Source: an uncultured Chloroflexia bacterium (GTDB lineage: Bacteria; Chloroflexota; Limnocylindria; Limnocylindrales; CSP1-4). From it: DNA of 64,000 nucleotides. This document shows, piece after piece, positions 56,181 through 64,000 of this stretch. Each line of letters starts with the position of its first letter. The stretch's first letter is position 1. The notes under the pieces are model-generated. The model did no database searches and was not told the DNA's origin. It saw only the letters and a program-made list of their open reading frames with translations. The translations under genes were made by a program, and so were the position numbers. The stretch spans positions 151,787-215,786 of the forward strand of contig CAVXLA010000010.1 of the NCBI GenBank assembly GCA_963762445.1, read 5' to 3'.

Positions 56181-58043
56181 CCCGAGCGGGCGTCGCCCGG
56201 TCAGCGCTTCTGCGACGGGCGACGCCGGCGATCCTCGTTCTGCCGCTCGTCGTCGGGCTCGCGCTCGTGCCCGCAGTGGCCGAATCCGGCTACCAGGTCG
56301 ACATCGCACGCCAGGCGCTCTATGCGGCCTGCCTGACCGCGACCTGGTCGCTCCTGGCAGGCGTGGCCGGACAGTTCTCGTTCGGGCACGTGGCGATCGC
56401 CGGGATCGCAGCCTACGTGGGCGCCATCTGGGGCCGCGATCTCGCCGGAACTCCATTCGGGGACGCCTGGGTTGCGACCATCGTCGGAGCCCTCGCGGCG
56501 CTCGGCTTGGGCGCGACGCTGGGGGTGATCCTGCTCCGGCTGCGTGGCTCCTACCTCGCCCTCTTCACGCTTGCCTTCAGCGAGATTGCCCGGATCGTCA
56601 TCGCCACGGAGGTGGAGATCACCGGCGGTCGTCTCTCGCTCGCGGTCAGGCAGCTGCCCGGCGATCGCACGTTCCACTACTATCTGATGGCTGGCGTCCT
56701 GCTCCTCGTGCTCGGGGTCATCTATCGGGTCCTCGGATCGCGCTTCGGGCTCTTCCTGCGCGCGATGCGCGAGGATGCCGACGCCGCCGCCGCGATGGCC
56801 GTGGACACGACGCGACTCAAGGTCCTGGTGTTCAGCCTCGCATCGCTCCTCCTCGGCTTCTCCGCCTCCGTCTACTACCACACCACCCCCCGGCTTGACG
56901 CCGGAGATCCTCGACCTCCTGGGAATGGGCCTGGTCGTCGTGTATGCGGTCATCGGCGGCATGGAGAGCCCGCTGGCGGGAGCGATCGCAGCGGCGTTTC
57001 TCGTCTGGCTGCTCGACGCCCTCCGGGTCATCGAGATCGGCCCTGTGCACATCGAGCCCGGGGTCTGGCGCTATGCGATCTTCGGTGCCATGCTCGTGCT
57101 CACCCTCCGGCTCGCGCCCAACGGCCTGATCGCTCCGATCGGAGCGTGGGCAGCCTCTCGCGCCCGCCGGCTGCCCGAGACGTCGAAGCCAGGGACGGCC
57201 ACCCGGGTCCCCTCGAGCCCGGTCGACCCACCGACGGAAGGCATTCGGGTCACGCCCGCGCCCGACCCGGCCGTCGGGGGGCCTGGCCGTGAGATCGCGC
57301 TGGCCGTCGAGGCGATCGTCATGCGGTTCGGAGGGCTGGCGGCCCTCGACGGCGCGACCCTCGCGCTGGACCGACCGCAGATCTGCGGACTGATCGGCCC
57401 CAACGGCGCCGGGAAGACGACCCTCGTCAACGTTCTCAGCGGCTACTACCGCCCGACAGGCGGCGCGGTCATCCTGAAGGGCGAGCGCGTCGACGGGCTG
57501 CCGCCCTACGAGATGGTGCGGCGGGGCCTCGGCCGGACCTTCCAGATCACGCGGTCCTTCCGGCGCCTGACGGTCCTCGAGAACCTGCTCGTCCCGGAGC
57601 TGGCGATCAACCCCGCCCGCGGGCGCGGTGAAGCCGAGGACCGCGCGCTTGCCGCCCTGGACACCGTGGGCCTTCGGCGCCTCGCGGGCGACTACGCCCG
57701 GTCCCTGTCCGGCGGCCAGCAGAAGCTCCTGGAGCTGGCCCGGCTGATCATGCTCGACAGCGACATCCTCTTCCTCGACGAGCCATTCGCGGGCGTTCAC
57801 CCGGTTCTCCGGCGTTCGATCGGCGACCTGATCAGGCGGATCCGCGCGGAAGGAAGGGCCGTCGTCCTCATCGAGCACGATCTCGGTGCCGTCTTCCAGC
57901 TCTGCGAGCGGCTCATCGTCCTCGACGGCGGCGTGGTCATCGCCGACGGCGATCCGGAGCCGGTCCGGAACGACCCGCGGGTGATCGCGGCGTACCTGGG
58001 TCAACCCGACGCGCCGGCGACAAGGGCTCCGTCCAATGCTTGA
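56177..58043 (+). pseudogene. Fused LivM-like permease / LivG-like ATPase, one frameshift as assembled
   Basis: GTG 56177 (GTGA overlap with the livH stop) in ORF 55247..57292 as far as ...ASVYYHTTP. The frame changes near 56882-56900 (C6 run) into ORF 56775..58043 (TPEILDLLGMGLVVVYAVIGGMES...). That ORF runs without a stop into an ABC ATPase (GLIGPNGAGKTT, LSGGQQKLLELARL, LFLDEPFAG). Confidence 0.8.
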
Positions 58044-58780
58044 AGTCGCCGACCTCCGGGCGGGCTACTACCGCGACCTGGACGTCCTCCGGGGCGTCAG
58101 CCTGCGGGCCCGAGCCGCCGCGGTGACCGCCATCCTGGGGGCGAACGGGGTCGGCAAGTCGACGCTCCTGAAGGCGATCTTCGGTTTCCTTACGCCCACG
58201 GCGTGGTCGAGTCCTGCTGGGCGATCGCGAGATCACGGGGACCCCTCCGCATCGAATGATCGAGCTCGGCGTGGCATACATGCCGCAGCAGCCCGGTGTC
58301 TTCGCCCAGATGAGCGTCGAGGAGAACATCCTGATGGGGGCCTGGACGTTCCGTCGCGACAGGCCGCGGACACGCCAGCGTCTCCAGGAGAGCTACGATC
58401 GGTTTCCCGATCCTGGGCACGCGGCGCACCAGCCAGGCCGGCCAGCTCTCCGGAGGCCAGCAGCGCATGGTGGAGCTGGCCCGGGCGCTCATGACGGAGC
58501 CGCGCTTCCTCCTCGTCGACGAGCCGTCCGCCGGGCTCGCGCCGCTCGTCGCGGACGTCGTGTACGACGGCGCTCGATGGACTCCGGCGAGCCGGCGTCG
58601 GCATCGTCCTCGTCGAACAGGACATTCCGCGAGCGCTCCGCATCGCCGACTACGTCTACGTGATCGACCTGGGGACCAATCGAGTCGAGGGAACGCCCGC
58701 CGAGCTGGGGGACATCGAGCGGACGTTCTGGGCCTGGTCGCAGCCCGGGCAGGACGGAGCCGGGCGGATCTCCGACGTGA
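58036..58780 (+). pseudogene. livF: LivF-like ABC ATPase, at least 3 frame changes as assembled; 3' end uncertain
   Basis: ATG 58036 overlaps the livG stop. Pieces: ORF 58036..58494 (ILGANGVGKSTLL) to ~58198; ORF 58256..58663 (GRVLLGDREITG..MIELGVAYMPQQ..MSVEENIL) to ~58405; ORF 58467..59033 ([27 protein letters not shown]) to ~58572; then ORF 58660..59472 ([27 protein letters not shown]). A TGA at 58778 in the third frame overlaps the next gene's GTG. Confidence 0.7.
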
Positions 58781-60421
58781 CCGGCCCCGCCGACCTCATC
58801 CTGACCGGCGGCCGGGTCCAGACACACGATGCCGCCCGCCGAGTCGCCGAGGCGATCGCGGTCCGCGAGGGACGGATCGTCGCCGTGGGACCGGCACGCG
58901 ACGTTCGCCCTCTTGCCCGCGCGCGGACGCGCATCGTCGAGCTCGCCGGCCGGATGGTGCTGCCCGGCTTCCAGGACGCCCACGTTCATCCGCCTATCGG
59001 CGGGCTGGCCCGCATGCGCTGCGACCTGCATGAACGGCGTGGCCTCGACACGTATCTCCGGATCGTTCGCGACTACGCCGAGAGCCATCCCGACGAAGCC
59101 TGGATCCGCGGTGGCGGCTGGCATATGGCCGACTTCCCGGGCGGCACGCCGCGGCGCGAGGACCTTGATCGGGTGGTGCCCGATCGACCGGTCTACCTGC
59201 ACAACCGCGACGTCCATGGCGCGTGGGTGAACACGCGGGCACTGGAGCGTGCGGGCATCAGCACCGAGACGCCTGACCCACCAGACGGACGGATCGAGCG
59301 CGACTCCGCGGGGAAGCCGTCGGGCACCCTCCACGAGGGGGCGATGCGGCAGGTCGAGCGGCTGCTGCCGCCGGACACAGCGGCGGATCTCGAATCGCGC
59401 CATCAGGCTCGCCCAGGCCTACCTCCACTCGCTCGGGATCACGGCCTGGCAGGACGCCTGGGTCACGCCTGAGGTCCTCGATGCGTACCGGGCCCTCGCG
59501 AGTCGCGGTGAGCTGACGGCGCGGGTTGTCGCCGCGCTCTGGTGGAACCGCGATCAGGGCATCGAGCAGATCGACGACCTGATCGAACGCCGCGCCAGAG
59601 GCCAGATCGGCCGCCTTCGAGCGACGAGCGTGAAGATCATGCAGGACGGGGTCCTCGAGAACTTCACCGGCGCGGTTCTCGAGCCGTATCTCGACCGCCA
59701 GGGCGAGCCCACGGCGAACCGGGGGATCAGCTTCGTGGACCCCGAGGCCCTGAAGGGCCATGTCGCGCGGCTCGACGCCGCCGGCTTCCAGGTTCACTTC
59801 CACGCGATCGGCGAACGTGCGGTTCGAGAGGCGCTCGACGCGGTCGAGGCAGCCCACCGGGCGAACGGGGTGACCGACCGGCGCCACCACATTGCGCACC
59901 TCCAGGTCGTCCACCCCGACGACGTGCCCCGCTTTCGGGCGCTGGGCGTCGTCGCCAATGCCCAGCCCATCTGGGCCTTCCACGGAGCCCAGATGGATGA
60001 GCTGACGATCCCGTTCCTCGGGCCGGAGCGATCGAGCTGGCAGTACCCCTTCGGCTCGCTGCGGCGGGCAGGGGCGGCCCTGTGCATGGGCAGCGACTGG
60101 AGCGTCAGCAGCGCCAATCCGCTCCTCGAGATCGAGGTCGCGGTCAACCGCGTGGCCCCGGCCAACCGCGACGCAGAGCCGTTCTTCCCCGAGGAGCGAC
60201 TCGATCTGCCCGCCGCCCTCGAGGCGTTCACGATCGGATCGGCCTATGTGAACCACCTTGACGAGGTCACGGGCTCGCTCGAGGTCGGGAAGGCGGGCGA
60301 TTTCGTCGTCCTCGACCGCGACCTGTTCGCTCCGGACGCAGGCCCGCTCGGAGACGCCAAGGTCCTGCTCACGCTGGTGGGCGGCGAGCCGGTCTTCCAG
60401 GACCCCGGACTCGACGCATAG
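58777..60421 (+). pseudogene. Amidohydrolase family protein (Amidohydro_3/YtcJ-like), one frameshift as assembled
   Basis: GTG 58777 in ORF 58660..59472 ([11 protein letters not shown]...[16 protein letters not shown]...GGGW...VYLHNRDVHGAWVN). The frame changes near 59388-59400 into ORF 59249..60421 (AIRLAQAYLHSLGITAWQDAW...VHFHAIGERA...IAHLQVV...MGSDWSVSS...GKAGDFVVLD). Confidence 0.8.
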
Positions 60422-60508
60422 ACACGAGTTGTGCAGGCAAGAGCGTCGCGGCAGGGTGGGAGTTCTTGACGGGCAACCGGGACCGCGATCGACAAGGAGC
60501 ACCAGCGC

Positions 60509-61627
60509 ATGAGCAGGATCCTCGTCCTCGGAGGATCGGGCGAGATGGGATCAGTCGCCGTCGCCGACCTCATCGAACGCGCCGATCACGAGGTCACGGT
60601 CGGCGACATCCGGCCGGACGCCGCCACCGCCCTGCTGCGCCGCCTCGGCGCACCCGAGCGCGTCGTCCGCGTCGACGTCGACGACCCGGCGTCGCTCGCC
60701 GCTGCGCTCGCCGACACCGAGGTCGTCCTGAACGCGACCTACATGCGCCACAACGTGCCCGTCACCGACGCGGCGATCGCCGCGGGCGTGCACCTCGTCG
60801 ACCTCGGCTCCTACTACCCCGAGACCCTCCAGCAACTCGACCGGCACCAGCTCGCCGAGCGGGCCGGTTGCCGCATCGTCCCCGGCTGCGGCGTAGCACC
60901 AGGCCTCACGAACATCCTCGCCCGGCTCGGTGCCGACCAGCTCGACGCCGTCGACGCCGTCCGCATCTACTCGTACATCACCCACCCGCTCTGGACGTCA
61001 CCCGGCATCGTCGTCACCCGCTTCGACGCCAGCACCGGCACGTCCGTCGCCTGCGAGAACGGCACGCTCGTCGAGCGTCCGTCGTTCTCCGACGAGGAGG
61101 CCATCGGCTTTCCCGAACCCTACGGCGAGCAGGACGTCCACCTGGTCCCGCATCCCGAACCGGTCACCCTGCCGCGCTACCTCGAGGTCAAGAACGTCGT
61201 CTTCAAGGTCGGCTACCCCGCCGACGAGAGCCGCCGCATCAAGGTCCTGCTCGAGCTCGGCTTCGACCGCGAAGCGCCCTTCGAGCTCGACGGCGTCGCG
61301 ATCTCACCGCGCCGCTTCGCGGCCGCCTACATCGGCAGCCGCGGCATCAGCTCCTCCGACCGCAGCGCCAACGTCAAGCAGGTCAGGGTCGAGGGCGTCC
61401 GCCGCGGGAGGCCCGTGACGCTCGTCTACGACTTCGCCGTGGAGCAGGTCGGCCGCTCCGCCTCCTCCGCCATCACCGGCACCGTCGCGGCGATCGCCGC
61501 CGACTTGGTCGCGCGCGGTGGACGGATCGGCGTGCATCCGCCCGAAGGCGCATTCGACCCGCGCGCGTTCCTCAACGCCCTCGCCGAACGCGGCCTCACC
61601 GTCAACGAGAGCGAGCTGGCCCGCTAG
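60509..61627 (+). CDS. Saccharopine dehydrogenase-like NAD(P)-binding protein
   Basis: ORF 60509..61627. MSRILVLGGSGEMGS (Rossmann GxGxxG)...HLVDLGS...IVPGCGVAPGLTNILA.... Confidence 0.75.
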   Translation: MSRILVLGGSGEMGSVAVADLIERADHEVTVGDIRPDAATALLRRLGAPERVVRVDVDDPASLAAALADTEVVLNATYMRHNVPVTDAAIAAGVHLVDLGSYYPETLQQLDRHQLAERAGCRIVPGCGVAPGLTNILARLGADQLDAVDAVRIYSYITHPLWTSPGIVVTRFDASTGTSVACENGTLVERPSFSDEEAIGFPEPYGEQDVHLVPHPEPVTLPRYLEVKNVVFKVGYPADESRRIKVLLELGFDREAPFELDGVAISPRRFAAAYIGSRGISSSDRSANVKQVRVEGVRRGRPVTLVYDFAVEQVGRSASSAITGTVAAIAADLVARGGRIGVHPPEGAFDPRAFLNALAERGLTVNESELAR

Positions 61628-61668
61628 ACCTCAGGCGGCTCTCGGCCGGCAGCGGCGGGCGCGTTCGG

Positions 61669-62931
61669 TCAGTCGCCCTCGTAGCGCTTGAACACGACGG
61701 CGCCGTTGTGGCCGCCGAGGCCGACGTTGTCGGAAATGGCGTAGCGGATCTCGCGGCGGACCGTGGCCGTCGGGACGTTGAGGTTGATCTCCGGGTCGGG
61801 GTCCCGGAAGGTCGGCACGCCGGGGACCGCCTGGTTGTGGACCGCCAGGATCGTGAAGATCGCCTCGACGGCCCCGGCGGCCCCCATGAGGTGCCCCGTG
61901 AGCGACTTCGTGGCGCTGATGCTGATCTCCGGCGTGCGCTCGCCGAAGACGGCCCAGAAGGCCTGCGCCTCGCGCAGGTCGCCCAGCGGCGTGGACGTGC
62001 CGTGGGGGTTGATCATGTCGATCCACTCCGCGCGCACGTCATGGCGCTCGAGCGCCGCGACGAGCGCCCGGCGGACGCCGTCGCCCTTCTCCACGGGCTG
62101 GATGAGGTCCCAGGCGTCGGCGGCGGAGCCGAAGCCGACCACCTCCGCGTAGACGGTCGCCCCGCGCGCCTTCGCGTAGTCGAGGTCCTCGAGGACGACG
62201 GCGCCGGCGCCTTCGCCCAGGACGAAGCCGTTGCGGCTGATGTCGAAGGGCCGGGAGACCGATTCCTCGACGTCCCCCTCGCGCGGCGTGCCCATGCCCC
62301 GCATGTTGGAGAAGCCCACGTGGACCAGCTCGTGGAGCGGCGTCTCCGTCGAGCCGGCGATCGCGGCCACGACGTCGCCGCGCCGGATGAGCTCGGCCGC
62401 CTCGCCGATGTTGTGGGTGCCCGTGGAGCAGGCCGTGACGATGCACATGTTCGGGCCGCGGATCCCGGTCTCGATCGCGATCTGCCCGGAGGCCGTGTCC
62501 GGGAGCATGTTGGCGATGAAGAACGGGCTGACCGCGCGGGCGCCCTTTGTCTCCCAGGTCGCGAGGCTGTCCATCAGGAGCCTGGCGCCGCCGCCGCCCG
62601 AGCCGAAGTAGATGCCGATGTCGTCGCGGTTGGCGTCGGTCACCTCGAGGCCGGAGTGGGAGAGCGCCTTCTTCGCGGCGGCCACGCCCAGGACGACGTT
62701 GCGGTCGGTCCGGCGGACCTCCTTGAAGCTCATCCAGGCGTTGGGGTCGAAGTCGGGGACCTCGCCGGCGACCTTGCAGTCATACGGAGCGGGGTCCCAG
62801 TAGGTGATCCGCTTGAGGCCGGAGACGCCGTCGACGAGGTTGCCCCAGACGGTGTCCACGTCGGACCCGATCGGGCTGACGAGGCCGAGGCCGGTGACGG
62901 CGACGCGGCGGGTGAAGTCGGGCTTGCGCAC
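61669..62931 (-). CDS. fabF: Beta-ketoacyl-ACP synthase II, second paralogue
   Basis: ORF 61669..63009(-), start at GTG 62931 (AGGAGA upstream; avoids overlap with fabD). RRVAVTGLGLVSPIG..., VTACSTGTH, NPHGTSTPLGD, VGLGGHNG. Confidence 0.85.
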   Translation of the reverse strand: MRKPDFTRRVAVTGLGLVSPIGSDVDTVWGNLVDGVSGLKRITYWDPAPYDCKVAGEVPDFDPNAWMSFKEVRRTDRNVVLGVAAAKKALSHSGLEVTDANRDDIGIYFGSGGGGARLLMDSLATWETKGARAVSPFFIANMLPDTASGQIAIETGIRGPNMCIVTACSTGTHNIGEAAELIRRGDVVAAIAGSTETPLHELVHVGFSNMRGMGTPREGDVEESVSRPFDISRNGFVLGEGAGAVVLEDLDYAKARGATVYAEVVGFGSAADAWDLIQPVEKGDGVRRALVAALERHDVRAEWIDMINPHGTSTPLGDLREAQAFWAVFGERTPEISISATKSLTGHLMGAAGAVEAIFTILAVHNQAVPGVPTFRDPDPEINLNVPTATVRREIRYAISDNVGLGGHNGAVVFKRYEGD

Positions 62932-62977
62932 GGGGCGATGGTCTCCTGTCGCGGGGTCGATGGCGGGGTGGCGGTGG

Positions 62978-63967
62978 TCAGGCCGGCTGGCCGGCGGGAT
63001 GGGACGCATCCGATGTCGCGTCCGGGTCGGCCAGGCCGCCCGGGGAGCTGGGGTCGTCGAGCGGGACGGTCTCGGCGTCGTGGGCGATCCGCCGGATGAG
63101 CCCGGAGAGGACGCGGCCGGGGCCGACCTCCACGAAGCGGCTCACCCCCGCCGCGCGCATGGCGGAGACGGCGGCGATCCAGTCGACGCCGGTCGTCAGG
63201 TGGTCGACGAGCTCGGCGCGGCAGGCCTCGGCGGTGGCCAGGGGCGAGGCGTCCGCGTTGGCCAGCAGGGGGATCGCGGGCTGGCGGAACGTCACCTCGG
63301 CGAGGGCGGTCCGCATCCCGGCGGCGGCGCTCGCCATCAGGGGCGAGTGGGCGGCCACGCTGACCGGGAGGACGATCGCGCGCTTCGCGCCCATGCCCTT
63401 CGCGGCGGCCGCGGCGGCCTCCACCGCGGGCCGAACGCCGGAGACGACGACCTGGCCGGGCGAGTTGCGGTTCGCGATCCCGAAGGTCCCGTGGGCAAGG
63501 CCGGCGGCCACGAGGTCGTCCAGGCGCTCGTCGGGGAGCCCGATGATGGCGGCCATCGCGCCCGGGCTGCCCTCGCCCGAGGCCTGCATGAGGCGGCCGC
63601 GCTCGCGCACGAGGCGGATCGCGTCGGCCAGCGACAGGACGCCGGCGGCGACGAGGGCGGAGTACTGGCCCATCGAATGGCCGGCCGCGAAGGCGGGGGC
63701 GAGAGCGGGCCGACCGAGGGCGGCCCGGCGCTCCCCGAGCGCGCGGTGGAACGCGATGGAGGCGGCGAGGAGGGCGGGCTGGGCGTTGACGGTGAGGTCA
63801 AGCTCGTCGACCGGGCCTTCCCAGGCCAGCCGGGAGAGGTGCTCGCCGAGGGCATCGTCGGCCTCAGCGAACACGGCGGCCGCGGCGGGCGAGACGGCGG
63901 CGATCCCGCGCGCCATGCCGACGGCCTGCGAGCCCTGGCCGGGGAAGACGAAGGCGATTCTGGGCAT
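62978..63967 (-). CDS. fabD: Malonyl-CoA:ACP transacylase
   Basis: ORF 62978..63967(-). IAFVFPGQGSQAVGM...QPALLAASIA...AGHSMGQYSALVAAG...VSVAAHSPLM. Confidence 0.9.
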   Translation of the reverse strand: MPRIAFVFPGQGSQAVGMARGIAAVSPAAAAVFAEADDALGEHLSRLAWEGPVDELDLTVNAQPALLAASIAFHRALGERRAALGRPALAPAFAAGHSMGQYSALVAAGVLSLADAIRLVRERGRLMQASGEGSPGAMAAIIGLPDERLDDLVAAGLAHGTFGIANRNSPGQVVVSGVRPAVEAAAAAAKGMGAKRAIVLPVSVAAHSPLMASAAAGMRTALAEVTFRQPAIPLLANADASPLATAEACRAELVDHLTTGVDWIAAVSAMRAAGVSRFVEVGPGRVLSGLIRRIAHDAETVPLDDPSSPGGLADPDATSDASHPAGQPA

Positions 63968-64000
63968 CGTGGTTCGCGGTTCCTCATCGCGGCGGAGTCG

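Noticed and set aside
53946-56456. 836-aa minus-strand ORF across the liv substrate-binding and permease genes
   Set aside because: Antisense to genes with a clear lipobox and permease signatures. The product is R/E/D/P-rich with no motifs.
60466-63099. 877-aa plus-strand ORF spanning the saccharopine-dehydrogenase-like gene (other frame) and the antisense of fabF
   Set aside because: The product is R/P/G-rich. The overlapping frames carry clear Rossmann and KAS II signatures instead.

Overview
High-GC chromosomal window, probably from an actinobacterium or a similar lineage. Genes are densely packed, often with GTGA/ATGA overlaps between stop and start.

Flanks (1-23.4 kb and 41.3-64 kb): ordinary housekeeping and metabolic genes.
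- Left: polyamine-type ABC importer, blue-copper lipoprotein, 7Fe ferredoxin, proC, S9 peptidase, DUF1003 protein, proline dehydrogenase, extradiol dioxygenase, EamA transporter, korAB, M24 peptidase, a Crp-GAF-S8 peptidase trio, an MFS transporter fused to a cNMP-binding domain, ogt.
- Right: copA, an HD-GYP protein, two XRE regulators, cysS, two fabF plus fabD, M20 peptidase, an XRE-cupin regulator, a liv-type ABC importer, amidohydrolase, saccharopine-dehydrogenase-like protein.

Centre (about 23.6-41.1 kb): accessory DNA. It starts with an ADP-ribosylglycohydrolase carrying an unassigned N-terminal domain and an orphan DUF2283 gene. A tightly packed same-strand block of four giant genes follows:
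1. an SNF2 helicase fused to a DUF3883 nuclease-like module;
2. a DUF1156-type Zn-ribbon DNA methyltransferase (DPPY motif);
3. a Swt1-like HEPN domain fused to a DUF499 P-loop ATPase;
4. a roughly 1800-aa GHKL (sacsin/MORC-like) ATPase ending in a second DUF3883 module.

I read this block as an R-M/BREX-like defence system. To my knowledge it has only been predicted computationally, and the fourth gene may be a new component.

Major caveat: as assembled, these four genes are broken by at least 40 frame changes (my hand count). The remaining ~49 kb has about 8, in a btuF-like gene, proC, copA, livM/G, livF and the amidohydrolase. I cannot tell from sequence alone whether these are assembly indels or real decay.

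I recognised no rRNA, tRNA, CRISPR array, transposase or integrase. All coordinates for frameshift sites are approximate hand readings.
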